Assembly: GCA_963514005.1 (NCBI GenBank)
Contig: OY740788.1
Span: forward strand, 9,114,001 to 9,178,000
DNA: 64,000 nt
Reading direction: 5' to 3'
From: Raja brachyura
Taxonomy: Eukaryota
Shown here: one piece after another, positions 24,769 through 36,277 of the stretch
Position numbering within the stretch: position 1 is the first letter of the stretch
Layout: each line of letters begins with the position of its first letter
Made by a program: the position numbers and the translations under genes
Notes under the pieces: generated by a model
What the model was told of the DNA's origin: nothing
The model's input: the letters and a program-made list of their open reading frames with translations, nothing else
Databases searched by the model: none

Positions 24769-25077
24769 CTTGAGTCTTCGGGAACTTCTCTATAACCAGG
24801 TTGTCCGGCTTGTATCCTGCCTTGCAGTAGTAGACGTCGTTCCTGTTCCAATTTGCCACAGGGACTCGCAGCAAGCTGCTCATTGTGTACTTGTTGTTTT
24901 GTCCCAACACTGGTGGGTACATTGTGATTCCAGTGGTGATGTCCCTACTGCTGGTGGACCATGTCTGACTGATGATCTGAGGCTGGTAGTCCTTGACCAG
25001 ACAGAGGATGCTGATCTCTTGGCCAGATTCTGTGTTGCAGGAAGAGGTGATGTGGACTGAAGGCAAGGCCTCAACCT
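24769..25077 (-). CDS. IgW: IgW constant exon C1 (EVEALPSVHITSSC...ILCLVKDY...W...YYCKAG...KTQ)
   Basis: TTTCAG| acceptor, G|GTTAG donor, 309 nt; C1-set Cys/Trp/Cys; early extra Cys (likely light-chain bond). Confidence 0.93.
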
Positions 25078-25553
25078 CTGAAATGTAAATAAATTAACAG
25101 TTGGTTCTGTAGTAAGTGGATTATTACCAGCACGCGCAACAGGTTCATGCTGATTCCTGAGTAAATGCAGGTGATTCAGGCTGAGAGAAGGGCAGGCACA
25201 GCAGAGAAATGGTTCCTCTCCCAATCCCTTTCACACTGTGCATGATCAAACAGTGAAATGCTGATCTCACACCGGCCACTGGGGAGGCAACTTCTGCCAA
25301 CCAGAGGGACAAACCGGCCTGTGCTGTGGGTGATGTGTCTCAGGTCAGGAAGCACATGGTACGGTGCCAGATGGACCATATCAACAACTACCGGGCCAAA
25401 TGGTGCTGGATCTGGCCTGTTGCGGACCTTCCTCACACTGGGCCCTGGAGAGTGTTGTACAACTTGGCGTACAGGTACGCAGATCCCAGGAAGCGTTGTC
25501 ACTGGTAAATAGGTTGGTAATAAAAGCACTTCATGAATCAGGGAATTGATATA

Positions 25554-26433
25554 CAGTAACCCCTCATTATAGACCCCTTTATAACAGATTTAGGATACAG
25601 CGGACAAAGCTGCTGATACCACCCTGCCACGCATGGCTCCTGACCGCTTGGAGCCCTGGCTTCCAACTCCACCCCGACCCGCAAGCGAGCTCTTCTTCAC
25701 CCACCACCGTATGGTCCGTGATGTTGTGGTGCACAGAGCCCCGGAGATGAGCGCTTTCTTTAAGCTGCCGTCCTCGACAGGACGTGCTTGGTCACCATGA
25801 GGCTCCCTCCCCTCCCACCTGCTGCTGCTTCAACCTGTTGGCTCTTCACTTTGTCCACTCCCCCCTCCACCGCCATCTCCCCCTTGTCCTCCCCTCACTC
25901 TGTCCACTCGGCCTCTTCCCCCCTCCCCCCTCCACCGCCATCTCCTCCTCCTTCTCCCTGGTGTCACCAACATACTGCACCTTGAGAGGAGAGGGTGCCC
26001 CATGGTGAGCGTGCACCCTGTCAGTGGCAGCGGCCTGAAGAAAGCACTGCCAGCCAGAGGCTACAATGTGAGCCACAACTACAGCCGTGTCACCGGACCG
26101 TGCGCTGGATGAAGAAGGACTCGCTGGTACAGAGCAGAGGCATTGGCGCCTGGTTTTAAGATGAAACAACACAAAGTGCTTGAGTAACCCAGCTGACTGA
26201 ATCCGTCTGAAGAAGAGTCCGCACCTCACCTATCGATCTTCTCCAGAGATGCTCCCTGACCAGTTGAGTTACTCCAATACTTTGTGTCATTTAGTGTATT
26301 ATCCAGCATCTGCATTCTTTCTTTCAACTGCATACATGGATAAAACCTTACTCGTTTAAAGCGGACATTCGGCAATAACGGATACTATCCCCCCCCCCCC
26401 CACATCGTGGTCCGTTAAAATGAGGGTTTACTG
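25554..26433. mobile_element. Tigger/pogo-like non-autonomous DNA element
   Basis: Imperfect TIRs TA|CAGTAACCCCTCATT ... AATGAGGGTTTACTG. Confidence 0.5.
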
Positions 26434-27369
26434 TTCAGAAGTTTGATGTTATGCTAGAGTGTTACAAGAAATTGGTGAGGCTGAATCTGGAATCCAATGT
26501 TGAGTTTTCATCAAGCTACTTCTAGGAAAGATATCATTAGGCTGGAAGAGTGCTGAGAAGATTTACAAGAATATTGCCAGGACTGGAGGGCCTGAGCTGG
26601 AGGGAAAAGTAGGGCAGGCTCGGACTTTACTCCTTTGTACCTCTAGAAGGCAGAAGAGTGATCCTATAAAGGTGTACAAAACCACGAGGGGAATAGATAG
26701 GGTGAATGCACAGTCTGTTACACAGGATTGGGGGATCAATATATAGGTGTAAGATGAGAGGAACAAGATTTAATGGGAATGTGGGAAATTTCTCACTCAC
26801 AGGGTGGTGGGTATATGGAACAGGCTTCCAGAGGAAACAGTTGAGGCAGGTACGATAACAGCATTTAAAAGACACTTGGACAGATACATGGATAGGAAAG
26901 GATTAGAGGACATGAGGTAAACATGGGCAAGTGGGACTAGCATACATGGGACATCAGGGCTGCCTTGCACGAGCTGAGCTGAAGGGCCTGTTTCTGTGCA
27001 GTATGACTCAATGTCTCTGAGTTATTAATGGGCTGGGAAATGCTTTGAGATGTCCTGGGGTTGTGGAAACCTTCAACAAAATAAAAAAACATCAAATAAA
27101 AGTGGAAATAGCGTGGTTGTCAGAAACTGTACTGAAAGAGTTTGATGAAAGAGCACTGAAATGAAAGAGTGGCTCTGCTTCTTTCCCCACAGATGCTGCC
27201 CGAGCTGCCGAGTGTTTCGTGCAGGAGGCTCAACAATGTCAGGCGGCGAGATTTGCAGCTCACAGTGTTTTCCATCCCGGGATCAGCAGGTGGTGAGTGC
27301 AGTTTAATTTGGATCAATGTTCCGAATGTGGTCAGGAGGTGGGTCAGGGACTGGAAAACACATCATACT

Positions 27370-27712
27370 GGCAGCAGGGTGCTGGGGTGAGGAGCTGGGA
27401 GCTGGGGTGAGGAGCTGGGTGCAGCAACAGGGTGCTGGGGAGAGGAGCTGGGAGCTGGGGTGAGGAGCTGGGTGCAGCAGCAGGGTGCTGGGGTGAGGAG
27501 CTGGGAGCTGGGGTGGGCAGCTGGGTGCTGGGGTGGGGAGCTGGGTGCAGCAGCAGGGTGCTGGGGTTAGGAGCTGGGAGCTGGGGTGAGGAGCTGGGTG
27601 CAGCAGCAGGGTGCTGGGGTGAGGAGCTGGGAGCTGGGGTGAGGAGCTGGGTGCAGCAACAGGGTGCTGGGGAGAGGAGCTGGGGTGAGCAGCTGGGTGC
27701 TGGGGTGAGGAG
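27370..27712 (+). repeat. G-rich tandem array (~53-bp unit, ~6 copies) built from GAGCT/GGGGT motifs in the J-C intron
   Basis: Unit gcagcagcagggtgctggggtgaggagctgggagctggggtgaggagctgggt; 18 AGCT sites counted by eye. Confidence 0.9.
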
Positions 27713-28414
27713 GGGCAATAAACTGTCCATCTGGGTTGCCTTCCTGGGGGCATTTAGTGCCAATTGCGTTGCTGGGTCAGGGGTCAGAAATAGACTCGAC
27801 TGGGTAAGGACAACAGATCTCCTCCACTGAGGGACAGCAGGGAAACTGAGAGGTCATCGTTACTGTGGATCAGTGCACAAAATCCAGGTAACTAACAAAA
27901 GGAAATCTGACACAGGTCCAATCTGTCCCAGATTATGAACAGAGCTTAAATTCCACAGTTGTTGTGGAATTAAACTGAGGTATGATTGCAGCCTGATGCC
28001 CGCCCATTGGATCAGTGTATCTGTGGAGTCTCGGACAACATTTCCCCCTCACCAGCGGTTTGCCGATTCTGCTGTGAGCAGAGTGGATCCACAGTCCCTC
28101 CTTTACAACACGGCTCTACTGTGAACATGCCTCACTGCCTGTGAAGGGCTCGGGGGCACCATGAAAGGTGCTCTGTGAATGACCACTGAGATTCACTGAG
28201 ACACCAGCAGCCCTGGTTAATGGAGCAAAGCACTTGTTGGACAAAGCCAGTCGGCTGGTGGAGGAGGGCAGCAAATTAGAGCCGTTCCTCCATCTGTGAA
28301 CTGGGAAAAAGCAGTACATTTGTGCAGCAAAACTCATGTCAAAAACACTAAGCAACTTGACTCAGAATCTAAACTACGAGCATCAGTGAATTCACAATGA
28401 AGATTAAAAGTTAT

Positions 28415-31120
28415 TAGAAACATAGAAAATAGGTGCAGGAGTAGGCTATTCGGCCCTTCGAGCCTGCACCGCCATTCAATATGACCATGGCTGATCATCC
28501 AACTCAGTAGCCTGAACCTGCCTTCTCTCCATACCCCCTGATCCCTTTAGCCGCAAGGACCACATCTAACTCCCTCTTAAATATAGCCAATGAACTGGCC
28601 TTAACTACCTTCTGTGGCAGAGAATTCCAGAGACCCACCACTCTCTGTGTGAAAAATGTTTTTTTCATCTCGGTCCTAAAAGATTTCCCCCTTATCCTTA
28701 AACTGTGACCCCTTGTCCTGGACTTCCCCAACATCGGGAACAATCTTCCTGCATCTAGCCTGTCCAACCCCTTAAGAATTTTGTAAGTTTCTATAAGATC
28801 CCCCCTCAATCTTCTAAATTCTAGCGAGTACAAGCCGAGTCTATCCAGTCTTTCTTCATATGAAAGTCCTGCCATCCCAGGAATCAGTGTGGTGAACCTT
28901 CTCTGTATTCCCTCTATGGCAAGAATGTCTTTCCTCAGATTTGGAGACCAAAACTGTACGCAAGACTCCAGGTGTGGTCTCACCAAGACCCTGTACAATA
29001 ATAATAATAATACATTTTATTTGCTGGCGCCTTTCTGGACACCCAAGGACACCTTACAGGACATAAAATCACAATACATTATCAATATTAAAATCAAGTT
29101 GATTAAAAACAAAAACAAAAAAAACAAAAAAATACACAAAACATTTTAAGTCATTAAAAGTCATTAAGAGGGTGAACATGGTGGAAGTTATGTCCAGTAT
29201 GCTAATCTAAACAGGTGTGTTTTGAGTTGCGATTTGAATTGATCGATAGTGTCCAGGTGACGGATGGGAGGTGGGAGAGTGTTTCAGAGACATGGGGCAG
29301 AGCAGCTGAAGGCTCTGGCACCCATGGTGCTGAGTCTAAATGTGGGGACAGTTAAAATTGCAGCTGAGGAGGAACGAAGTGACCGGGAAGGAGTGTATGA
29401 TAGCAGCAGGTCAGAGAGGTATTGGGGGGCAAGGTGGTGTAGGGCTTTGAAGGTCAGCAGTAAAATCTTGTAGTTAATCCGGTGGTGCACAAGGAGCCGG
29501 CGGAGCTGAGTGAGGATGGGTGTGATGTTGTGCGATGATCTGGTGCGGGTGATGATCCGGGCTGCAGAGTTCTGGATGCATTGGAGGCGATGAAGAAGTG
29601 TATTGGAGGTGCAAGTGAGGAGGGCATTGCAGTAATCGATGCGGGATGTGACCAGAGCGTGGATGAGGACTTTTGTATTGTCTTTGGAGAGGGAGGGGTG
29701 GAGTCTGGAGATGTTGCGGAGATGAAAGTATGCAGAGCGTGTGATATTGCTGATGCGAGGGCCAAAGGAAAGTGTACTGTCCAGAATGACGCTGAGACTT
29801 TTGACATGGGAGGAGGTGGGTATGGGTGAGCCATCACCTCAAATGGTGAACAGGTGGGTTTTGGAGAGTGTGGACTTTGAGCCAATTAGCATGATTCCTG
29901 TTTCATTTCCATTGAGTTTTAGAAGGTTGAGTGACATCCAGTTGCTGATAGCTTGAAGACAGATGGTGAGGGCAGTTGGGGGAAGGGAGGTGTTTGGTTT
30001 TGTGGAGAGGTAAAGTTGTGTATCATCGGTGTAGCAGTGAAAATTGATTCCAAAAGGACGGAGAATATTGCCAAGAGGTTGAATATAGATGATAAAAAGC
30101 AGTGGCCCCAGCACCGATCCCTGAGGAACACCATGGGTGACTGTGGCAGTTGTGGATGTGACTTTATTTCCCTGGATGAACTGTTTTCTGTCGTGTAGAT
30201 AGGACCTGAACCAAAGTAGTGCATTGTTGTTGATGCCGGTGGCAGATATACGTTCCAGAGGAATTGGGTGGGAGATGGTATCAAAGGCTGCTGTGAGGTT
30301 GAGGAGGATCAGGTTGGATAAGTGGCCGGTGTCAGCTGCGAGAAGGAGATCATTTGTAATTTTTACCATGGCTGTTTCAGTGCTGTGATTGAGGCGAAAA
30401 CCGGACTGAAATGGTTCATAGAGGTTATTGTTTTGAAGGTGAAGTTGTGTCGCTACGGTCCTTTCCAGAGGTTTAGTGATGAATGGGAGGTTGGCGATGG
30501 GGCGGTAGTTATTTGGATTGTTTGGATCAGAACCTGTTTTTTTTAGAATCGGGGTGACAGAAGCTGTATTGCGAGATGTTGGGACAGTAGCAGTTAATAG
30601 GGAGGAGTTAATTATGGACGTTATGATGGGTGAGATAGAGGGCAGACAGGATTTAACCAGGGCAGTAGGGATGGGATCAAGCAAGCAGGAGGAGATCTTG
30701 GACTTGGTGACGAGTTTAGTTATTTCTTCGACTGTTGGAAGCTGGAAAGTAGATAGGGTGGAGAGTGGGGAGTCCAGGGTGGAAGTCCAGGGTGGGCTGT
30801 TGTGAGCAGAAGCTGAGAAAGAGCTCAACTGCAGTAGAACCTCCCTGCTCCGATACTCAAATGAATGCTAACATACCATTTGCTTTCTTCACTGCCTGCT
30901 GCACTTGCATGCCTACTTTCAATGACTGGTGTACCATGACACCCAGGTCTCGTTGCATCTCCCCTTTTCCCCAATCGGCCACCATTCAGATAATAGTCTA
31001 CTTTCCTGTTTTTGCCACCAAAGTGGATAACCTCACATTTATCACATTATACTGCATTTGCCCACTCACCCAGCCTATCCAAGTCACCTTGCAGCCTCCT
31101 AGCATCCTCCTCACAGCTAA
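28415..31120 (-). mobile_element. CR1 3' fragment split by an inserted L2 element
   Basis: CR1 sequence stops at ...ccctgtacaa (~28998) and resumes at caactgcagtagaacc (~30826). Confidence 0.85.
28997..30828 (-). mobile_element. L2-clade LINE (RT, 5'-truncated)
   Basis: [46 protein letters not shown]; AATAAA + (TAT)n 3' tail. Confidence 0.88.
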
Positions 31121-31329
31121 GTATTGACTTACTAAGGATCTCCAAATATTGAAATTCAATACAAGATGCAAAGAAAACCCAGTGTACTAAAACCCACATC
31201 TAGAACCATGTACAACATTTTCTCATTATGTTCAAATCATTCATTATTGTGAACTTTGTTGTTGAACCAAACAGCATCAATTTGTTTTACAATCTGGAGA
31301 ACGTTCTGTGTTCTGAAGCATTTACACAC

Positions 31330-31640
31330 GGAGTGTTTGACAGAGCAATGTAGAGGGAGCTTGACTCTGTGTCAAACACTCTGTCCCTGCACTGGGAGTA
31401 TGTAACAGTGTAGAGGGAACTTCACTCAGTGACTAACCCGTACCCTGGGTGTGTGTGTGTGGACAGGTTGGAGGGAGCCTCACTCAGTGACTAACCTGTG
31501 CTGTCCCTTCCCTGGGAGCGTTGGGACAGGACAGATGGATCTTTGTATCTAATCTGTAGCTGACAACACAGTGACACGGGGAGATTTATTCTACATTTGA
31601 CTCGTGCTCTGTCTGCCCTGGATGTGTTTGATGGGATCTC
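31330..31640 (+). repeat. Degenerate tandem repeat (GTAGAGGGAGCTT...CTAACC...CCCTGGGAG)
   Basis: Recurrent 60-70 bp unit, about 4-5 diverged copies. Confidence 0.6.
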
Positions 31641-32933
31641 TTTGCGGGAGTCATAGAGCCATAGATGAATACAGCGTGGAAACAGGCAGGTTAATCTCCA
31701 AAAGACTGGAGGGTGGCTGATACGGAAGCATAATTGAAGAAGGACATTAGGGCCAAGCCAGGGATCTACACCAGTGAGCCTGACCGGTGGGAATATCCTT
31801 AGGAACAGGAACTACCAGTATTTGGATAGGCACGGGCTGATTAGGAATAGTCCTAAATTTACAAGAAGATCTGGATCACTTGGGAGGGTGGGCCAAGGAT
31901 TAGGGACAGCATGGCTTGTGTTTGGGAAATTCTGCCTCATGAACATGATAGGGTTCAACAAGGTCTGGCATGGTGGGCTGGCGTGGAAGGGCAGATCACA
32001 TGAAACCCAACATGAGCTAAATTAGCTTGGAGGAAGTGGACTGCTGCAGGGGTCAGTGCTGAGACCACTGTTGTTGGTTATCCACGTTAACAGTTTGCCA
32101 TACAATATAGTGGACATTGATAGAAAGTTTGCAGATGACACCAAAATCAGTGCATGAGCGGACAGTGAGAAGGATAAGTTTACAAGAAGATCTAGATCAG
32201 TTGGGAAGGGGAGCCAAGGAATGGCAAATGGAATTTAACTCTGCAAGTGAGGGGGCGTTGAACTTTGGTAGATCAAACCAGGGCTGGACCTACACAGTAA
32301 ATGGTGGAGCCTGGAGAGTGTTGTAGAACAGACAGATGGGGAAATACAGGGGCATGGTTCACAGAGAGTGGCGAGTTGGGTGGACAGGGAGCTGAGGTGG
32401 CATTCGGCAGACTGCCTTCAATGGGAATGGTACTGTGCACGCTCACAGTCTTTTTCCCAGGATATAGGTTCCTAAAACAAGAGGGCACAGGAGTAAGGCG
32501 AGTGGGGGGAGATTTAAAAGGGGACTTAAGGGGCATTTTTATTCACATTGGGTAGGCAGTATCTGGAATGAGTTGCCAGAGGAAACTATAAAAGTAGACA
32601 GAATTCCGATTATCAAACACATCCGGTATATGGATGAGAAGGATATGTGGCCAATGGGACGCCCAGAAAGCCAGCTTGGTCGGCATGCACAAGATGGACT
32701 GAAGGCAGATGATGGCGAGACTCAGGGAAAGAACAGCCTGTGGGGCAGTTCAACGTGGTGGGAAATGCACTGTTGCTGGGTAGATTCTAACTCTGGAGAA
32801 ACCAGCCTGTCTCCGGGAAATCCGTGCAATTGTTCCAAATATCTCACCGAGTTCAGGTCAATGACAGAATTCGCAAAGACCATACATTAATAGAACACAA
32901 CTGGGTAAAATGGAATTGAGGAATTGGTCTTAC

Positions 32934-32976
32934 CTGAAGTCACTGTCAGTGAGGTTCCTGCACCCCAGTAGTTAAG
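32934..32976 (-). CDS. IGHJ: JH segment (LNYWGAGTSLTVTS)
   Basis: WGxG and TVTS motifs; splice donor TCAG|GTAAG. Confidence 0.95.
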
Positions 32977-33015
32977 CACACTGTTCCATCTTCCCACTCA
33001 GTCAGTACAATAACT
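32977..33015 (-). promoter_or_regulatory. JH recombination signal sequence, 23-bp spacer
   Basis: Plus strand CACACTG + 23 nt + ACAATAACT abutting the J coding end. Confidence 0.88.
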
Positions 33016-33342
33016 CCACTCGCCCTCCACATCCAATAATCTCAGCAAAGTGTCAACGTGAACTTTGCCCGGACCAGGAGCAGCCGCTTCCTGCATTTCC
33101 ATCCCAATCTCCGTCCTTGTCTCAACCTCTGGTGTGAATAAAAGAGGCATTTTTGCCGTCTGCTGCCACCGGCTCTGGCCGCCCCTCACAAACACAATCG
33201 CCTCCTTTCGGGCTTTTAACCGGCCAGAAATGGAATTTCTTCCCCGCAGTGCGAGCCAGGCTTCAGGGATTTGACTCTGGCAAGCAGCAATGCACAATGG
33301 GTGGAGGCAGACTGCGCTGCGGACGCTCATTTGTCGGGGGGC

Positions 33343-33407
33343 AGTTTTGGTTCAGCTCTCCGCTGCCGTGGGCCAGTATCACGGTGATTCACCGCCGCTC
33401 ACAAACT
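33343..33407 (-). other. D segment (ATACTGGCC, 33371-33379) flanked by two 12-bp-spacer RSSs (D2 type)
   Basis: Minus strand: AGTTTGTGA-12nt-CACCGTG [ATACTGGCC] CACGGCA-12nt-ACCAAAACT; lies midway between V and J. Confidence 0.88.
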
Positions 33408-33740
33408 GCGCTGCCACATCCAGCCCGAAATCCACCGGTGGCCAGAGTGGGCAGCGGCTTAATTAAAGCCCCATCCATCTGTGTCCGTGTGTCCCACACA
33501 GGAGCGTCCAGTCTCGGCCATTGCAGCCCTGGAGTGGACAGGAGATAACCCACCGCGACTGTCACCGTGCCTCGACCCACAGCGGCTCCTCGCTGCTTGT
33601 GTCCCCACATCTCCAGTGGAACTTGTTCCCTGTGCCAGATGATGCACACGGGATCTGGTTTATATCCACGGGTCCCGGGGAAAGGCGGCGGCGGGGGCAG
33701 CAGCGCCCAGAGACGCTAGTTAAAGCGTTTGGCTGCGGCA

Positions 33741-33778
33741 GGTTATTGTATGGAGGAAGTCCCATCTCTCACACTGTG
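33741..33778 (-). promoter_or_regulatory. Recombination signal sequence 3' of VH, 22-bp spacer
   Basis: CACAGTG + TGAGAGATGGGACTTCCTCCAT (22 nt) + ACAATAACC. Confidence 0.92.
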
Positions 33779-34083
33779 CCACCCAAGTCTCGCACAGTAA
33801 TAAGTGGCCGTGTCGCTCAGAGTCAGGTCGTTCATTTGGAGATAGACGTTGCTGCTGTCCTTCGAAACCTCGGATCGGCCGCTTACGGCAGGCGCGTAAA
33901 ATTTGTCACCATCACCCTCTATCTCCGCTACCCACTCCAGCCCTTTCCCGGAGACCTGTTTCAGCCAGGTCATGTCGTTGCGGCTGAGGTCCAACCCGCT
34001 GGTTGCACAGGTCAGTTTGAGGGACCCTCCGGGCTTTGCCACCGCGGTCGAGGTCTGATTCAGCACGACCGCGGATCGAACGC
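33779..34083 (-). CDS. IGHV: IgW VH exon (GVRSAVVLNQ...LTC...W LKQ...DTATYYCAR-LGW), probably pre-joined to D1
   Basis: Acceptor TTTTATTGGCAG|; Ig V-set hallmarks (LTC, W36, GKGLEWV, DTATYYCAR); no stops; followed directly by CACAGTG; AVVLNQ N-terminus is typical of skate IgX/IgW V as I recall it. Confidence 0.95.
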
Positions 34084-34197
34084 CTGCCAATAAAATAGAA
34101 AACAGGTTGAATAAACAGTTGAAGAGGCAGAGGGTGAAAGACTGCCCGAGAAGCAGCCCGGCCCCGAGTGGGGGGGGGGGGGGACACACACACCCAC

Positions 34198-34243
34198 CTG
34201 GCAGACAGGACAGAAGGAGACAGAGATAAGCAGCGACCCCCAT
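34198..34243 (-). CDS. IGHV: IgW heavy chain leader exon (MGVAAYLCLLLSCLP-G)
   Basis: ATG at 34243; 46-nt hydrophobic signal-peptide exon ending CCAG|GTGGGT (phase 1); 114-nt intron to the V exon. Confidence 0.92.
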
Positions 34244-34338
34244 CACTCTGAGCACTGACACACACACACACTTGGACACTCCAGGAATGGGCGGCTTCAG
34301 CTCAAGCCGGCTTTGTCGGGAGCCGCAGTCAGCGCTGC

Positions 34339-34353
34339 TTAAATAGGGAAGTG
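34339..34353 (-). promoter_or_regulatory. Putative VH promoter: TATA-like TATTTAA next to an Ets/PU.1-like site
   Basis: Minus strand CACTTCCCTATTTAA about 95 nt upstream of the leader ATG; no octamer seen nearby. Confidence 0.45.
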
Positions 34354-36277
34354 AGCTGTGAGTGAGAGAGAGGGGGAGCTGCAGCTTGAATACGTTCCCA
34401 CCCACCGAAACCACAGGCGCGGCTTCCTGTCCCTGCCCCCAGCACAGATTCAATTCCCCAAAAGGTGTTTGTCTCCACAACAGGCGGCGGGTGGAGGGGC
34501 AATGATGAGATCCGGAGTAAAGATTGATCCCACTCTGCTCTATCCACTCATTACAATGCTGAACACTTTGTGGAGCAAGAGGTCACTCAGATACCCCAGT
34601 GAGGGGCCGAGTTAAAAGTCGGTGTACAGATATCCCCCCCTGGGAGAGAGGGACACCTGTCAATGTAGATATCCCCTTGGGAGAGAGGGGCTAAGGTTCA
34701 CCGGTCAGTGTACAGAAATCCCCCTGAGAGAGACCGGTGAGTGTACAGATGTCCTGGTGAGAGAGAGGACCGAGAGACACCGGTCAGTTTGAGCTGTGTT
34801 TATTGTCACGTGTACCGAGGTACAGTGAAAAGCTTTGGTTGCGAGTTAACCAGACAACAGACAGACAATACATGATTCCAATCGAGCCGTCCACAGTGAG
34901 CAGAAACGTGATGAAGGGAATAATGTGAATAATGTTCAGTGCAAGATAAAACCAGTAAATTCCGACCAAAGATAGTCCGAGGGTCTCCAATGAGGTAGAT
35001 AGAGCACAGAAGTCAAGCTACGCGTATATCGGCGGCAATCTACAACAATAGAGCTCTCGGGGCTAGTGGAGTCAAGGCATATGGGGAGAAGGCAGGCACG
35101 GGTTATTGATAGCAGACGATCAGTCATGAGCACAAAGAATGGCGGTGCTGGCTAGAAAGGCCGAATGGCCTCCTCCTGCACCTATTTTCTCTGTTTCTAT
35201 GTTTCTAATGTATGACCATACTGGCGACAACCTACGACAGCTGGCGACCATCGGCGACCATCAGTTGACGCGACTGGCTACACCAGGCTACGACAGTGGC
35301 TCTTTTTTTCTCCAGGAGAGGGTCCACCCAGTATCTTCAGCTCCTGAAACAGCTCAGGGGGAAGCCTGGTGAAGTTTCTGAAGGCAGTCTCATCTTCTTG
35401 CTGGAGCTCAGTCATCAGGTTGTCATACTGGCCCAACCTGGGTCTCTACAAGGGCAAGGGCTTCAACTACACACGCCTCTCCTTGGGCTTCCTCTTCCCC
35501 TTCCCCATCCTTCTTGTCCTTCTGTCTTGCTGAGGGTTGCTGCAAGCAGCAGGGCTTCTTCTTGTGAGAGCAATGTCCTCAGATGTTGGAAACAATACAT
35601 CCCCTTTTATAATTGGGTTATTCCATTGTTTTGGATGCCAAAATGACATGAATTGTCTTCAGTTGTCTCCGATAGTCGTAACTTGTTGTGACCTGTGGAC
35701 ATAGGTTGACTTCGGTTGTCGCCTGTGTGGTCGTAGATTGTCATAGGTGGACGTCCTATGTCGCGGCGATTGGGTCATCGGTTGTCGGTAGCTTGCCGTA
35801 GAAACTGTGGTAGGGGACCTGCTATGACTCTGACAGTCGCAGGCAGTCGCCTAAGTGGAACAGGCCCTTAAATGGCTTGATTGTAATCACGCATTGTCCT
35901 TCTGCTGACTAACACCCAACAAAAGCTTTTCACTGTGTCTCGGTACACATGAGAATAAACCAAACTGAACTGAACTGAAGTCAATGATGCAGTTGCAGAG
36001 GTTCCTGACTCCAAGTTCCTCGAGTTTGGTGATGATCTTGGTTGGTATGATGGTGTCAGACTGGAGATATCCCATGAAAGAGTGTACAGATATACCCCTG
36101 ACAGTGGGACACTGGTCAGTGTAGATGTCCCAAGAGAGAGGGAATGAGGGAGACTGATCCGTTTACAAAAGGGAGATGGGGAGAGGGAGAGAGGGAGGGG
36201 AAGAGGGAGCCATTTGGCCCTTCTGATCATGGCTGATCATCTAAAATCAGTACCCCATTCCTGCTTTTTCCCCATAT

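Noticed and set aside
13740-25077. Alternative isotype call IgM or IgNAR
   Set aside because: Conventional VH with GKGLEWV FR2, a C1 exon, six C exons to the tailpiece and a Cys-rich short tail after C2 fit IgW, not IgM (4 C) or IgNAR (short V, 5 C)
27304-27830. Pro/Ser/Gly-rich repetitive ORFs on both strands
   Set aside because: Translations of the G-rich tandem array; no splice or domain support
31568-31574. Isolated CACAGTG heptamer in the J-C intron (others e.g. near 4571)
   Set aside because: No nonamer at the proper spacing; expected by chance
33563-33584. CACCGTG-CCTCGACC-CACAGCG looks like a second D segment between V and D
   Set aside because: No nonamer-like sequence at 12 or 22/23 nt on either side
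33743-34480. 245-aa ORF covering leader, intron and V
   Set aside because: Artefact: the 114-nt leader intron is in frame and stop-free; good GT/AG sites define the real two-exon structure
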